NCBI GenBank assembly: GCA_046152935.1
Contig: JBJXGB010000208.1
Location: forward strand, 1 to 47,343
Direction of reading: 5' to 3'
Length of the DNA stretch: 47,343 bases
From: Cytophagales bacterium
GTDB taxonomy: Bacteria > Bacteroidota > Bacteroidia > Cytophagales > UBA9547
Shown here: positions 9,280 through 17,116 of the stretch, in pieces
Layout: the number at the start of each line of letters is the position of its first letter
How positions within the stretch are numbered: position 1 is the first letter of the stretch
Notes under the pieces: generated by a model
The model's database searches: none
Told to the model about the DNA's origin: nothing
Seen by the model: only the letters and a program-made list of their open reading frames with translations
Position numbers and translations under genes: made by a program

Positions 9280-10056
9280 ATGAAAAATACATTCAAATTT
9301 GCATCTACAATAGCTTTAACAGTTTCATTATTAACAAGTTGTACAAAAAAGGAGGACCAACCAGCACCAGTTTCTACTCCTCAGACCCAGAAAGTATCGC
9401 TCAACTTTAGTCATGTGGCTGGTGATAAAACTGTAAATTTCGCAGACGTTTTTACCTCAACTAAGGGTGCAAAATTTACACTTAGTATGTTTCGATATTA
9501 TGTGTCAAATGTTCGTTTCGTAAAAGCGGACAATACCGAACAGACAGTTCCTGGAACGTATTTTTTGGTAAGTCCAAACAATCCAGTTTGTGATTTGGGT
9601 CAAGTGCCTGTGGGCGATTACAAGGGTGTCAAATTTGCTGTGGGAGTCGATTCTGTCACCAACCATGCCGATATTACAAAATACCCAGCAAGCAATCCAT
9701 TGGCCGTGCAAAGCCCGGGCATTCACTGGAGTTGGAATAGTGGCTATATTTTTGTGATGGTGGAAGGGACGGTCGATACAACTGCTGGCAACATCGATGT
9801 ATTGACTTTTGGCCAGTATTCAAAAGGTATGTTTTTTCATTTGGGAACAGATAAATTGTATAAAAAAGTCGAACTTTTGCAGCCAATATCAGTTAAAAAA
9901 GAAGGTGAGAAAACTGTTTCTATCAAAACAGACATAAATACCTTATTCGCCAATATTGATCTGAAAACCCAAAATGCAACGCATACATTTTCCAACAATT
10001 CAATAGCAACGTTAGCTGGCGCAAATATTCCATCGATGTTTTCAATTGCACAATAA
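9280..10056 (+). CDS. mbnP: MbnP-family copper-binding lipoprotein, paralogue 2
   Basis: Lipobox LTSC; FRYYVSNVRF; PVGDYKGVKFAVGVDSVTNH; HWSWNSGYIF (WxW); FHLG; adjacent to a di-heme enzyme gene. Confidence 0.85.
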   Translation: MKNTFKFASTIALTVSLLTSCTKKEDQPAPVSTPQTQKVSLNFSHVAGDKTVNFADVFTSTKGAKFTLSMFRYYVSNVRFVKADNTEQTVPGTYFLVSPNNPVCDLGQVPVGDYKGVKFAVGVDSVTNHADITKYPASNPLAVQSPGIHWSWNSGYIFVMVEGTVDTTAGNIDVLTFGQYSKGMFFHLGTDKLYKKVELLQPISVKKEGEKTVSIKTDINTLFANIDLKTQNATHTFSNNSIATLAGANIPSMFSIAQ

Positions 10057-10125
10057 CAGAGGCTATTTGCCGTATTGTTGATTGAAATGACGTATCTACT
10101 TTGATTTACAATTTATCACGTAAAG

Positions 10126-11202
10126 ATGAATTATTTAGCAAAATACATCAGCCGACCCTTTTGGTCGGCTCTTTTTTACACTCTTTTTAATAAAAATAGG
10201 TCAATACTTCCAATTGTAGTACTGATTCTGGTAAGTGCTTGTAAAAAAAATGAAGTATTGGACGAATTGGGTAGTAAAACAGACGATGCTGGCAGTAAAA
10301 CTATTCAGCTCACTGTTCCAAAAGGTTTTCCATATCCCGAAATTCCTTTAGACAATTTGCCCACCCAAAATCGGATAGATTTGGGTAAAAAGCTGTTTTT
10401 CGACCCAATTTTATCCCGCGATTCTACTATTTCGTGTGCTTCGTGCCACCATACAGACAAGTTTTTTACTGATAATCAGAAACTTAGCAAAGGTATCGAT
10501 GGGCGATTGGGCAAAAGAAATGCTACCTCACTTATAAATGTGGCTTATTTGACTGATATATTTTGGGATGGGGGAGTTCCCAATTTAGAGCAACAGGTTT
10601 TGGCACCTATTGAAGACCACACCGAAATGGATTTTGATGCCAATAAAGTAGTGGAAAGGTTAAAAAAGCATTCAAATTACTCAATATTGTTTCAGAAAGC
10701 ATACCAACAAGAGCCAACAATTTTTGCATTGACTAGAGCTATTGCTTGCTACGAACGCACTTTGATTGGCGGCACCTCGAGATTTGACCGTTTTTTGAAT
10801 GAAAATGACAGTTCTGCTCTTTCTGAGTCAGAAATTAGAGGTCACAATTTGTTTTTAAGTGAAGATGGTGAATGTTTTCACTGCCACGTTGGATTTAACT
10901 TCACAGATAACAGCTTTAGAAACAATGGTTTGTATCGTACATATCCAGATTCTGGCAGGGCTCGAATTACCATGGATGATGCCGACATTGGCAAATTTAA
11001 AGTGCCTTCGCTCAGAAATATCACCAAAACAGCACCATATATGCACGATGGAAGTTTGGCTACGCTCGATCAAGTTTTAGATCATTACATTAGTGGTGGC
11101 AAACGCCATCCCAATAGAAGCCCGATCATAAAGCCGCTGCCGCTTAATTTGAAGCAAAAGCAAGACATTATTAATTTTCTTTCTTCCCTTACAGATGAAT
11201 AA
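10126..11202 (+). CDS. mbnH: Di-heme cytochrome c peroxidase/MauG-family enzyme (MbnH-like), lipoprotein
   Basis: CASCH and CFHCH heme motifs, LGKKLFFDPILS, FWDG, FKVPSLRN-TAPYMHDGS, VLDHY. Confidence 0.88.
   Translation: MNYLAKYISRPFWSALFYTLFNKNRSILPIVVLILVSACKKNEVLDELGSKTDDAGSKTIQLTVPKGFPYPEIPLDNLPTQNRIDLGKKLFFDPILSRDSTISCASCHHTDKFFTDNQKLSKGIDGRLGKRNATSLINVAYLTDIFWDGGVPNLEQQVLAPIEDHTEMDFDANKVVERLKKHSNYSILFQKAYQQEPTIFALTRAIACYERTLIGGTSRFDRFLNENDSSALSESEIRGHNLFLSEDGECFHCHVGFNFTDNSFRNNGLYRTYPDSGRARITMDDADIGKFKVPSLRNITKTAPYMHDGSLATLDQVLDHYISGGKRHPNRSPIIKPLPLNLKQKQDIINFLSSLTDE
10150..10177 (+). terminator. Intrinsic-terminator-like hairpin inside the 5' end of mbnH
   Basis: AGCCGACC-ctttt-GGTCGGCT (8-bp perfect stem) followed by CTTTTTT. 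Confidence 0.6.
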
Positions 11203-11247
11203 TTGGAGAAATACGGAATTAAATTTAAGTTGAAAAACCATCTTAAA

Positions 11248-11278
11248 AAATAAAGCCCTGATAATCAGGGCTTTATTT
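11248..11278. terminator. Bidirectional terminator between mbnH and tRNA-Leu
   Basis: AAATAAAGCCCTGA-taa-TCAGGGCTTTATTT. Confidence 0.85.
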
Positions 11279-11288
11279 GTAGCTTAAG

Positions 11289-11372
11289 TACCCAGAGCCG
11301 GAGTCGAACCGGCACGAGTGTAACCTCATTGGTGTTTGAGACCAACGCGTCTACCGATTCCGCCATCTGGGC
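11289..11372 (-). tRNA. tRNA-Leu (anticodon CAA), CCA not encoded
   Basis: Reverse complement GCCCAGATGGCGGAATCGGTAGACGCG-TTGGT-CTCAAAC-ACCAA, long variable arm, GCCGGTTCGACTCCGGC-TCTGGGTA. Confidence 0.96.
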
Positions 11373-11394
11373 ATTTGGTACTGTGTTTTCAAAC

Positions 11395-11409
11395 GGAGTG
11401 CAAAATTAG
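11395..11409 (-). promoter_or_regulatory. -7 promoter element (TAATTTTGCA) of tRNA-Leu
   Basis: CTAATTTTGCACTCC on the minus strand; the same 15-mer precedes tig. Confidence 0.75.
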
Positions 11410-11464
11410 AGAAACTGCTCTAATTCACAAATTTTATTTTTTTATTTTTTATTGAGGGGCCATA

Positions 11465-11495
11465 AAAAATCCCGCTTGCTGCTAGCGGGATTTTT
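11465..11495 (-). terminator. Intrinsic terminator after tig
   Basis: AAAAATCCCGCT-N7-AGCGGGATTTTT immediately after the stop. Confidence 0.85.
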
Positions 11496-11497
11496 GA

Positions 11498-12841
11498 CTA
11501 CTTTTTTGCTTCTCTTATTTTCTTATATTCTTCTACATCTATCGCTTTTTCTTTCAATTTCACTTTAGAAATAATATGATCTAACACTTTTTCACCAAAA
11601 GCCTCTTCATAAAATCTACGATATTCTTTGCCATTGTCTCTTTTAAGCACATTGTCCGCAAATTGATTTACCAGCTTAGCCATTTCGCCATCTACTTGTC
11701 CATCGGCCAAACCAAATTGTGCTTGAACCAAATTTTTGGCTTTGGCTACCACTTCTTCATTATCAACATGAATATTGGCCTCTTTTGATATTTTATTTTT
11801 GATCAAATCCCATTTCAAAGTAGATTCAAAACCTCCAAATTGAGTGTTGATTTCATCTTTAGCTATTTTTCCTTCGTTTACAATAAAAAGCCATTCTTTC
11901 AAAAACGTTTCTGGCAATTCGATATGCGTATTTTTTGTGAAATAATCAAATACATCGCTGTAAAGAGTGTTTTTAGCTTCAATTGCATAATTTGTAGCAA
12001 CATTTTCTCTTATTTTTGCTTCAAATTCCTCAAAAGTAGCAATTTCCGTCCCCCGAAATACTTTTGTGTAGAATTCGGTATTCAAATCTGCATTGGTTGG
12101 ATGGCTTATTCTCGTGATTTCAAAACTAAAATTTCCACTTACAAATGGGGCTTCTTTCTTGTCGATTCCTAACACATGTGCAATCGCGGCATCGTCAGCA
12201 AAAGCAGAGCGTACGTTTGCTTCAATTTTATCGCCTTTTTTAGCTCCTAAAAATCGGTTGCGGCTAGGCTCTTCAATTCTGTATTCTGGAATAATGGCAT
12301 TGTACAATTTAGCATTTTCATCATTTGCATTTGCGTAGATAATATCCTCTAATTCAACTACTTCACCATCGGTATGTACGCCAAATTGCTTGCGAAGATT
12401 ATCAATGGTTTCTTTTACAACTGAATCTTTAAACGTGATTTTATATTGCTCTAAAATTACTTTTTCTGAAATATCTAAGTTAAAGTCTGGTGCAAGCCCC
12501 AAATTGTAAGTAAAGTCAAAATCCTTTTGTGTATCCCAATTGATGGCAGCCATGTCTTTCGCATCTGGCATGGGGTCTCCTAATATTTCTACATTGTTCT
12601 CCTTGATGTAATTATTTACGGTTTTCGAAACAAGGGTGTTTATCTCTTCAACCAAAATATTTTTTCCATACATTTTTTCGATCAGCCCAACTGGCACATG
12701 GCCAGCACGAAAGCCTTTCATTTGTACTTTCTTACCATATTCTTTTATTTTGGTATTGTATGTAGATTTGTAATCAACTTCTTCCAGTCGAATTCTGAGG
12801 GCTGCATTTACCTTATCTTTTTTCTCTAAAGTAATTTCCAT
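11498..12841 (-). CDS. tig: Trigger factor
   Basis: MEITLEKKD...MKGFRAGHVP ribosome-binding signature. Start moved to the ATG at 12841, downstream of the promoter. Confidence 0.95.
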   Translation of the reverse strand: MEITLEKKDKVNAALRIRLEEVDYKSTYNTKIKEYGKKVQMKGFRAGHVPVGLIEKMYGKNILVEEINTLVSKTVNNYIKENNVEILGDPMPDAKDMAAINWDTQKDFDFTYNLGLAPDFNLDISEKVILEQYKITFKDSVVKETIDNLRKQFGVHTDGEVVELEDIIYANANDENAKLYNAIIPEYRIEEPSRNRFLGAKKGDKIEANVRSAFADDAAIAHVLGIDKKEAPFVSGNFSFEITRISHPTNADLNTEFYTKVFRGTEIATFEEFEAKIRENVATNYAIEAKNTLYSDVFDYFTKNTHIELPETFLKEWLFIVNEGKIAKDEINTQFGGFESTLKWDLIKNKISKEANIHVDNEEVVAKAKNLVQAQFGLADGQVDGEMAKLVNQFADNVLKRDNGKEYRRFYEEAFGEKVLDHIISKVKLKEKAIDVEEYKKIREAKK

Positions 12842-12870
12842 TGAGGTGTTTTTTAACGTTTTTTGCAAAA

Positions 12871-12885
12871 GGAGTGCAAAATTAG
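12871..12885 (-). promoter_or_regulatory. -7 promoter element of tig
   Basis: CTAATTTTGCACTCC, about 30 nt before the ATG. Confidence 0.75.
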
Positions 12886-12988
12886 TATATTATAGTCTAA
12901 TAGCTAGTTGTTTTGCAATAATTATGACAAAACAATTAAAAATATCGCTTTTTGCAACTTATTTGATCTAAAAACCGTACTCGGAACG

Positions 12989-13915
12989 ATGAGAAAAATT
13001 GCCGCCATTGGCGAAGTTTTGTTCGATAGCTATAAAGGCAATGAAATATTGGGTGGTGCACCGTTCAATTTTATTTATCACATTCATCAGATAAACAAGC
13101 AATTTAATTTAGGCTACGAAACTGGTTTTATTTCCAAAATAGGAGCAGACGCTCGAGGCGAGAAAATCAAGTTTTTCTTTGATGAGATTGGGCTTCCCCT
13201 TCAACTTTTGCAAACAAACGACACTTATGATACAGGCGTAGTCCATGTAAAAATAAATGGTTTTGGTACACCAGAATACGAAATCGTAGAGCAGGTAGCT
13301 TACGATTACATTGATTTTACGCCAGAAATTAAGACATTCATCTCAAATGACATGGCTTTTCTGTATTTTGGTACACTTTTTCAAAGAAGTGGGCACAATA
13401 GGAAGACGCTTTCCAAGTGCCTACCCGAAGAAAATATTTTCCATCAAAAAGTGTTTTTCGACATCAATCTGAGGCAAAATTACTTTAGTTGGGAAGTCAT
13501 CGACAGCAGTTTGCTAGAGGCTGATTATCTGAAAGTTAACCAAGACGAATTGTATCTTTTGCGCACAAAATATTTCGCAGAAAAGCAATTTTACTACGAT
13601 AAAGATTTTATCGATTTTTTGATGGAAGAGTATGTATTAGATGCCATAATCGTGACCAAAGGCGGCAAAGGTGCTTCGATTTATATGGATGAATTTAATT
13701 TTTGGGAACATGAAGGTAAGTTTTGCTACGATCTAAAAGATACTGTAGGTGCTGGCGATGCTTTTTCCGCTATTTTTACTTTGGGGACTTTATTGGAATG
13801 GAAAGGCAATAAGATATTAGACAGAGCCATCGATTTTTCAACCGAAATATGCAAAATTAAAGGTGCTATTCCTCTTGATAAAGATTGGTACCGTCAGTTT
13901 AAGGATTGGTTTTAA
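12989..13915 (+). CDS. PfkB-family carbohydrate kinase (fructokinase-like)
   Basis: IGEVLFD, GGAPFN, FDINLR, DTVGAGDAF. Confidence 0.92.
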   Translation: MRKIAAIGEVLFDSYKGNEILGGAPFNFIYHIHQINKQFNLGYETGFISKIGADARGEKIKFFFDEIGLPLQLLQTNDTYDTGVVHVKINGFGTPEYEIVEQVAYDYIDFTPEIKTFISNDMAFLYFGTLFQRSGHNRKTLSKCLPEENIFHQKVFFDINLRQNYFSWEVIDSSLLEADYLKVNQDELYLLRTKYFAEKQFYYDKDFIDFLMEEYVLDAIIVTKGGKGASIYMDEFNFWEHEGKFCYDLKDTVGAGDAFSAIFTLGTLLEWKGNKILDRAIDFSTEICKIKGAIPLDKDWYRQFKDWF

Positions 13916-14003
13916 GCTTTGCAAATAAAAAGGTTACTTAAAGTTCAAGATAGATTTCTGCTTTCAAACCTTTAGATTTGCAAAAAAATGAAATTGCAAA
14001 AGG

Positions 14004-15197
14004 ATGTTTGATATCACAATAATTGGAGGAGGCATTGTAGGGCTCGCCACAGCTTACCAACTGAAAGAAGCAAAACCAGAATTAAAAGTAGCATTACTTG
14101 AAAAAGAAGGTGAATTGGTAAAACACCAAACTGGCAATAATAGTGGTGTTATCCATTCTGGACTTTATTATAAACCAGGCAGTTTGAAAGCCATCAATTG
14201 CATCAACGGCTACAATATGCTGCTCGAATTTGCAGATAAACACAATATTAAGTACAATTTGTGTGGAAAAGTAGTGGTGGCAACCAGAAAAGAGGAATTG
14301 CAAGGCTTAGAAAATCTTTATCAAAGAGGCATTGAAAATGGATTGACCAAAATCAAAAAACTCAATTTGGAAGAGTTAAAGGCCATTGAGCCGCACGTAA
14401 ACGGTATTGAAGGACTCCAAGTTCCTTATACAGGTATTATCGATTATGTGGCTGTTTCATTGAAAATGGCAGAATTATTCAAAGCCAAAGGCGGAGAAAT
14501 ATTTTTGAATAGCAAAGTGACCCATATAAAGAATCATACCGATTTTTCTGAGGTAATTACCAGTTCACAAATATTGAAAACCAAACTGATCGTAAATTGC
14601 GCAGGATTATATTCCGATGCCATTGCTGCAATTAACAAGGACAAGATCAATCTTCGCATTATTCCTTTTAGGGGCGAATATTTTTTATTGAAGCCCGAAA
14701 AACGCTACTTGGTAAAAACTTTGATTTATCCTGTTCCTGATCCTAATTTCCCATTCTTAGGAGTACATTTTACCAATATGGTAAATGGAGATGTGGAATG
14801 TGGGCCCAATGCAGTATTTGCCTTTAAGAAAGAAGGCTACAAGCTTTTCGATTTTGACTTCAAAGAATTTTGGGATGCCATTACTTGGCCAGGCTTTCAA
14901 AAAGTAGCGTTGAAATATTGGAAAACAGGCATTGGCGAATATTATCGTTCTTTTTCAAAACGTGCTTTTACCAAAGCATTACAAAGATTGATTCCCGAAG
15001 TTCAAATGGACGATTTAATTCCGACCCATGCTGGCGTTCGAGCACAAGCTTGTGATAGGGAAGGGGGTCTATTAGACGATTTTTCAATTATTGAAGATAA
15101 ATTCATTATCAATGTCTGCAACGCGCCATCTCCCGCTGCAACTTCCTCATTATCAATTGGAATGGCAGTAAGCGAAATGGTTTTGAAGCGATTTTGA
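14004..15197 (+). CDS. lhgO: L-2-hydroxyglutarate oxidase
   Basis: GGGIVG, HQTGNNSGVIHSGLYY, PFRGEY, PFLGVH, NAPSPAATSSL; TAGATTTG -7 element at 13973-13980. Confidence 0.93.
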   Translation: MFDITIIGGGIVGLATAYQLKEAKPELKVALLEKEGELVKHQTGNNSGVIHSGLYYKPGSLKAINCINGYNMLLEFADKHNIKYNLCGKVVVATRKEELQGLENLYQRGIENGLTKIKKLNLEELKAIEPHVNGIEGLQVPYTGIIDYVAVSLKMAELFKAKGGEIFLNSKVTHIKNHTDFSEVITSSQILKTKLIVNCAGLYSDAIAAINKDKINLRIIPFRGEYFLLKPEKRYLVKTLIYPVPDPNFPFLGVHFTNMVNGDVECGPNAVFAFKKEGYKLFDFDFKEFWDAITWPGFQKVALKYWKTGIGEYYRSFSKRAFTKALQRLIPEVQMDDLIPTHAGVRAQACDREGGLLDDFSIIEDKFIINVCNAPSPAATSSLSIGMAVSEMVLKRF

Positions 15198-15205
15198 TTG
15201 CGCAG

Positions 15206-15234
15206 CTTTGACAACTTTTGAAAAGTTGTCAAAG
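15206..15234. repeat. Perfect 14-bp-arm palindrome (REP-like) overlapping the Uma2 stop codon
   Basis: CTTTGACAACTTTT-g-AAAAGTTGTCAAAG. Confidence 0.75.
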
Positions 15235-15774
15235 TTTTTGAAATAATTCGCTCAACTCAAATTCAAAGCCAACAATTACATCAGATTTAATAAGTCCATT
15301 CTCTTTAGTTTTTGAAACCAAATCAAATTCAGCATTTTTATTGTGGTAAATTTCCAAAGACCGCTTGTTTGGATTGATAATCCAATATTCTTTTACGCCA
15401 TATTTGGCATATATTTCCTTTTTTTCTTCCCAATCGTAGTAAGCTGTCGAAGGCGCAAGCACTTCAACTACTAAATCTGGTGCTCCATAAATCCGATCTT
15501 TTATAATGTGTTTATTTTCATTCGATACATATAAAAGATCTGGCTGAAACACATTTTCTTCATCCAAATGAACATCTAAAGGCGCAAATCGTGCAACTCC
15601 TATTTTATTCTGAAGGAGAAAATTTCCTAATTTTACTGTTAATATGAATAATACTTCTTGATGATAATCTGTCGGGCTAGGCATTTCTATGATTTCTCCT
15701 TTAATTAATTGATATTTAGCTCCTTCGGGAAGCTGTAAATATTCGTCAAGCACGGTTTTCTGTAAAGTCAACAT
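15229..15774 (-). CDS. Uma2-family (DUF820) putative endonuclease
   Basis: YQLIKGEI-MPSP-HQ, QPDL, GAPDLVVEVL, K-Y-GVKEYWIINP. Confidence 0.92.
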   Translation of the reverse strand: MLTLQKTVLDEYLQLPEGAKYQLIKGEIIEMPSPTDYHQEVLFILTVKLGNFLLQNKIGVARFAPLDVHLDEENVFQPDLLYVSNENKHIIKDRIYGAPDLVVEVLAPSTAYYDWEEKKEIYAKYGVKEYWIINPNKRSLEIYHNKNAEFDLVSKTKENGLIKSDVIVGFEFELSELFQKL

Positions 15775-15917
15775 CTTTTCATTCTTTGATATTCCAAATT
15801 ACAACTTATTTGCGAAAAGTCATAATATAGCAACATTTTCAAAAGGGGATCATTATTATTTAGTGAAATTTTGGAATCTTTATGATGCAGAGTCTGTTAT
15901 TAACCCAAATTCAAACC

Positions 15918-16625
15918 ATGCAATTAATAAATCTTAATAAGAAAACCATCTCTGTTGATATCGTTTCAGATGTAGTTTGTCCTTGGTGCTATGTTGGTAA
16001 AAAACGCCTCGAAAAAGCCATGGATGAGTTGAAAGACGAATATAATTTTGAAGTAAACTACCATCCTTTTCAATTAGATGCCACTGTTCCTGAATCTGGT
16101 ATCGACCAAAAAACGCATTTTATAAAGAAATTTGGCAGCGCAGATCGGGTTGAAGAAATATTCCGCCATGTGGAAAACGCAGGTGCCTCGGTTGGCATTG
16201 ACTTCAAATTTAGGGAGATTCCAAAAGCCATAAATACCATTGGTTTGCACCAAATACTGCAAGTTGCCAAAGAGGAAGGCATTCAACTGGCTGTAAAACA
16301 AGCTTTATTCGAAGCCTATATGGTAAATCCTATTGATTTGACAGATAGAAACAACATTGCTTCAGTACTTGCCCCTTTTGGTTGGAACAAACAAAAAGTG
16401 AATGAAGTATTGGATAATGAAGAGTTGAAATATGGGGTAATGCAAGAAATAAAGCAATACCAGCAAATGGGCATTAGTGGTGTTCCTTTTTTTATCATCA
16501 ACAATAAGTATGGAGTTTCCGGTGCGCAACCTTCAGAAATGTTCAGAGATGCATTCAAATCTTTGAAAGAAGAAGACTTCCCTCAGTTAGAAAGTGCTTC
16601 TTGCGATGTAGACGGAAATTGTTGA
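15918..16625 (+). CDS. DsbA/FrnE-family oxidoreductase
   Basis: SDVVCPWCYVG, GISGVPFF, SGAQP, and the C-terminal Cys pair CDVDGNC. Confidence 0.92.
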   Translation: MQLINLNKKTISVDIVSDVVCPWCYVGKKRLEKAMDELKDEYNFEVNYHPFQLDATVPESGIDQKTHFIKKFGSADRVEEIFRHVENAGASVGIDFKFREIPKAINTIGLHQILQVAKEEGIQLAVKQALFEAYMVNPIDLTDRNNIASVLAPFGWNKQKVNEVLDNEELKYGVMQEIKQYQQMGISGVPFFIINNKYGVSGAQPSEMFRDAFKSLKEEDFPQLESASCDVDGNC

Positions 16626-16657
16626 TAATTTTAATCTCAACTAAATATTTTGAAAAC

Positions 16658-16692
16658 AAAAAAGGATATTCACCAATTGAATATCCTTTTTT
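16658..16692. terminator. Bidirectional terminator
   Basis: AAAAAAGGATATTCA-ccaat-TGAATATCCTTTTTT between convergent genes. Confidence 0.85.
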
Positions 16693-16719
16693 TATGATCT
16701 TACTGAGCGAATTATCAGG

Positions 16720-16926
16720 CTATTCTGCTGCTGGTGCCTCTTCGAGCACCGCTTCTTCCTTTTTCTTTGAAGATACTGCAGCAGTTGCTACAGGAGTTGC
16801 AAATTGTTTTTTCAAATCTTCAATATCAACCTTCTTTATAATTGGTTGCTTGCTAAACATTTTGATCGTTTGAGTGTATTTATCCCAAGCTTTTAACCTG
16901 TTTAATTTTCTTTGTGTATGTGACAT
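16720..16926 (-). CDS. Small protein (68 aa) with a basic N-terminal half and an Ala/Glu-rich tail; function unknown
   Basis: Intergenic ORF with its own TACTTTTGCA -7 element (16952-16961) and a downstream terminator. Confidence 0.75.
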   Translation of the reverse strand: MSHTQRKLNRLKAWDKYTQTIKMFSKQPIIKKVDIEDLKKQFATPVATAAVSSKKKEEAVLEEAPAAE

Positions 16927-17116
16927 GATATGGTATCTTTAGAAAAAGGACTGCAAAAGTAGCGTTTCGTTTTTCATTTACCAAATTACTATCCAACTTT
17001 TTGCAAATTTTAATGCCAAAGCATTAAGTTTGTGAATCAGAAATCGAAAATTGTACGAAATCGTGGCATTTCTTAACTAATGAAAGAAATATCGCAATCA
17101 AAAATAGCGTAAAAGC

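Noticed and set aside
5590-11372. Metal operon as a genomic island integrated at the tRNA-Leu 3' end
   Set aside because: The position is suggestive, but I saw no integrase, no duplicated tRNA 3' end and no obvious compositional shift.
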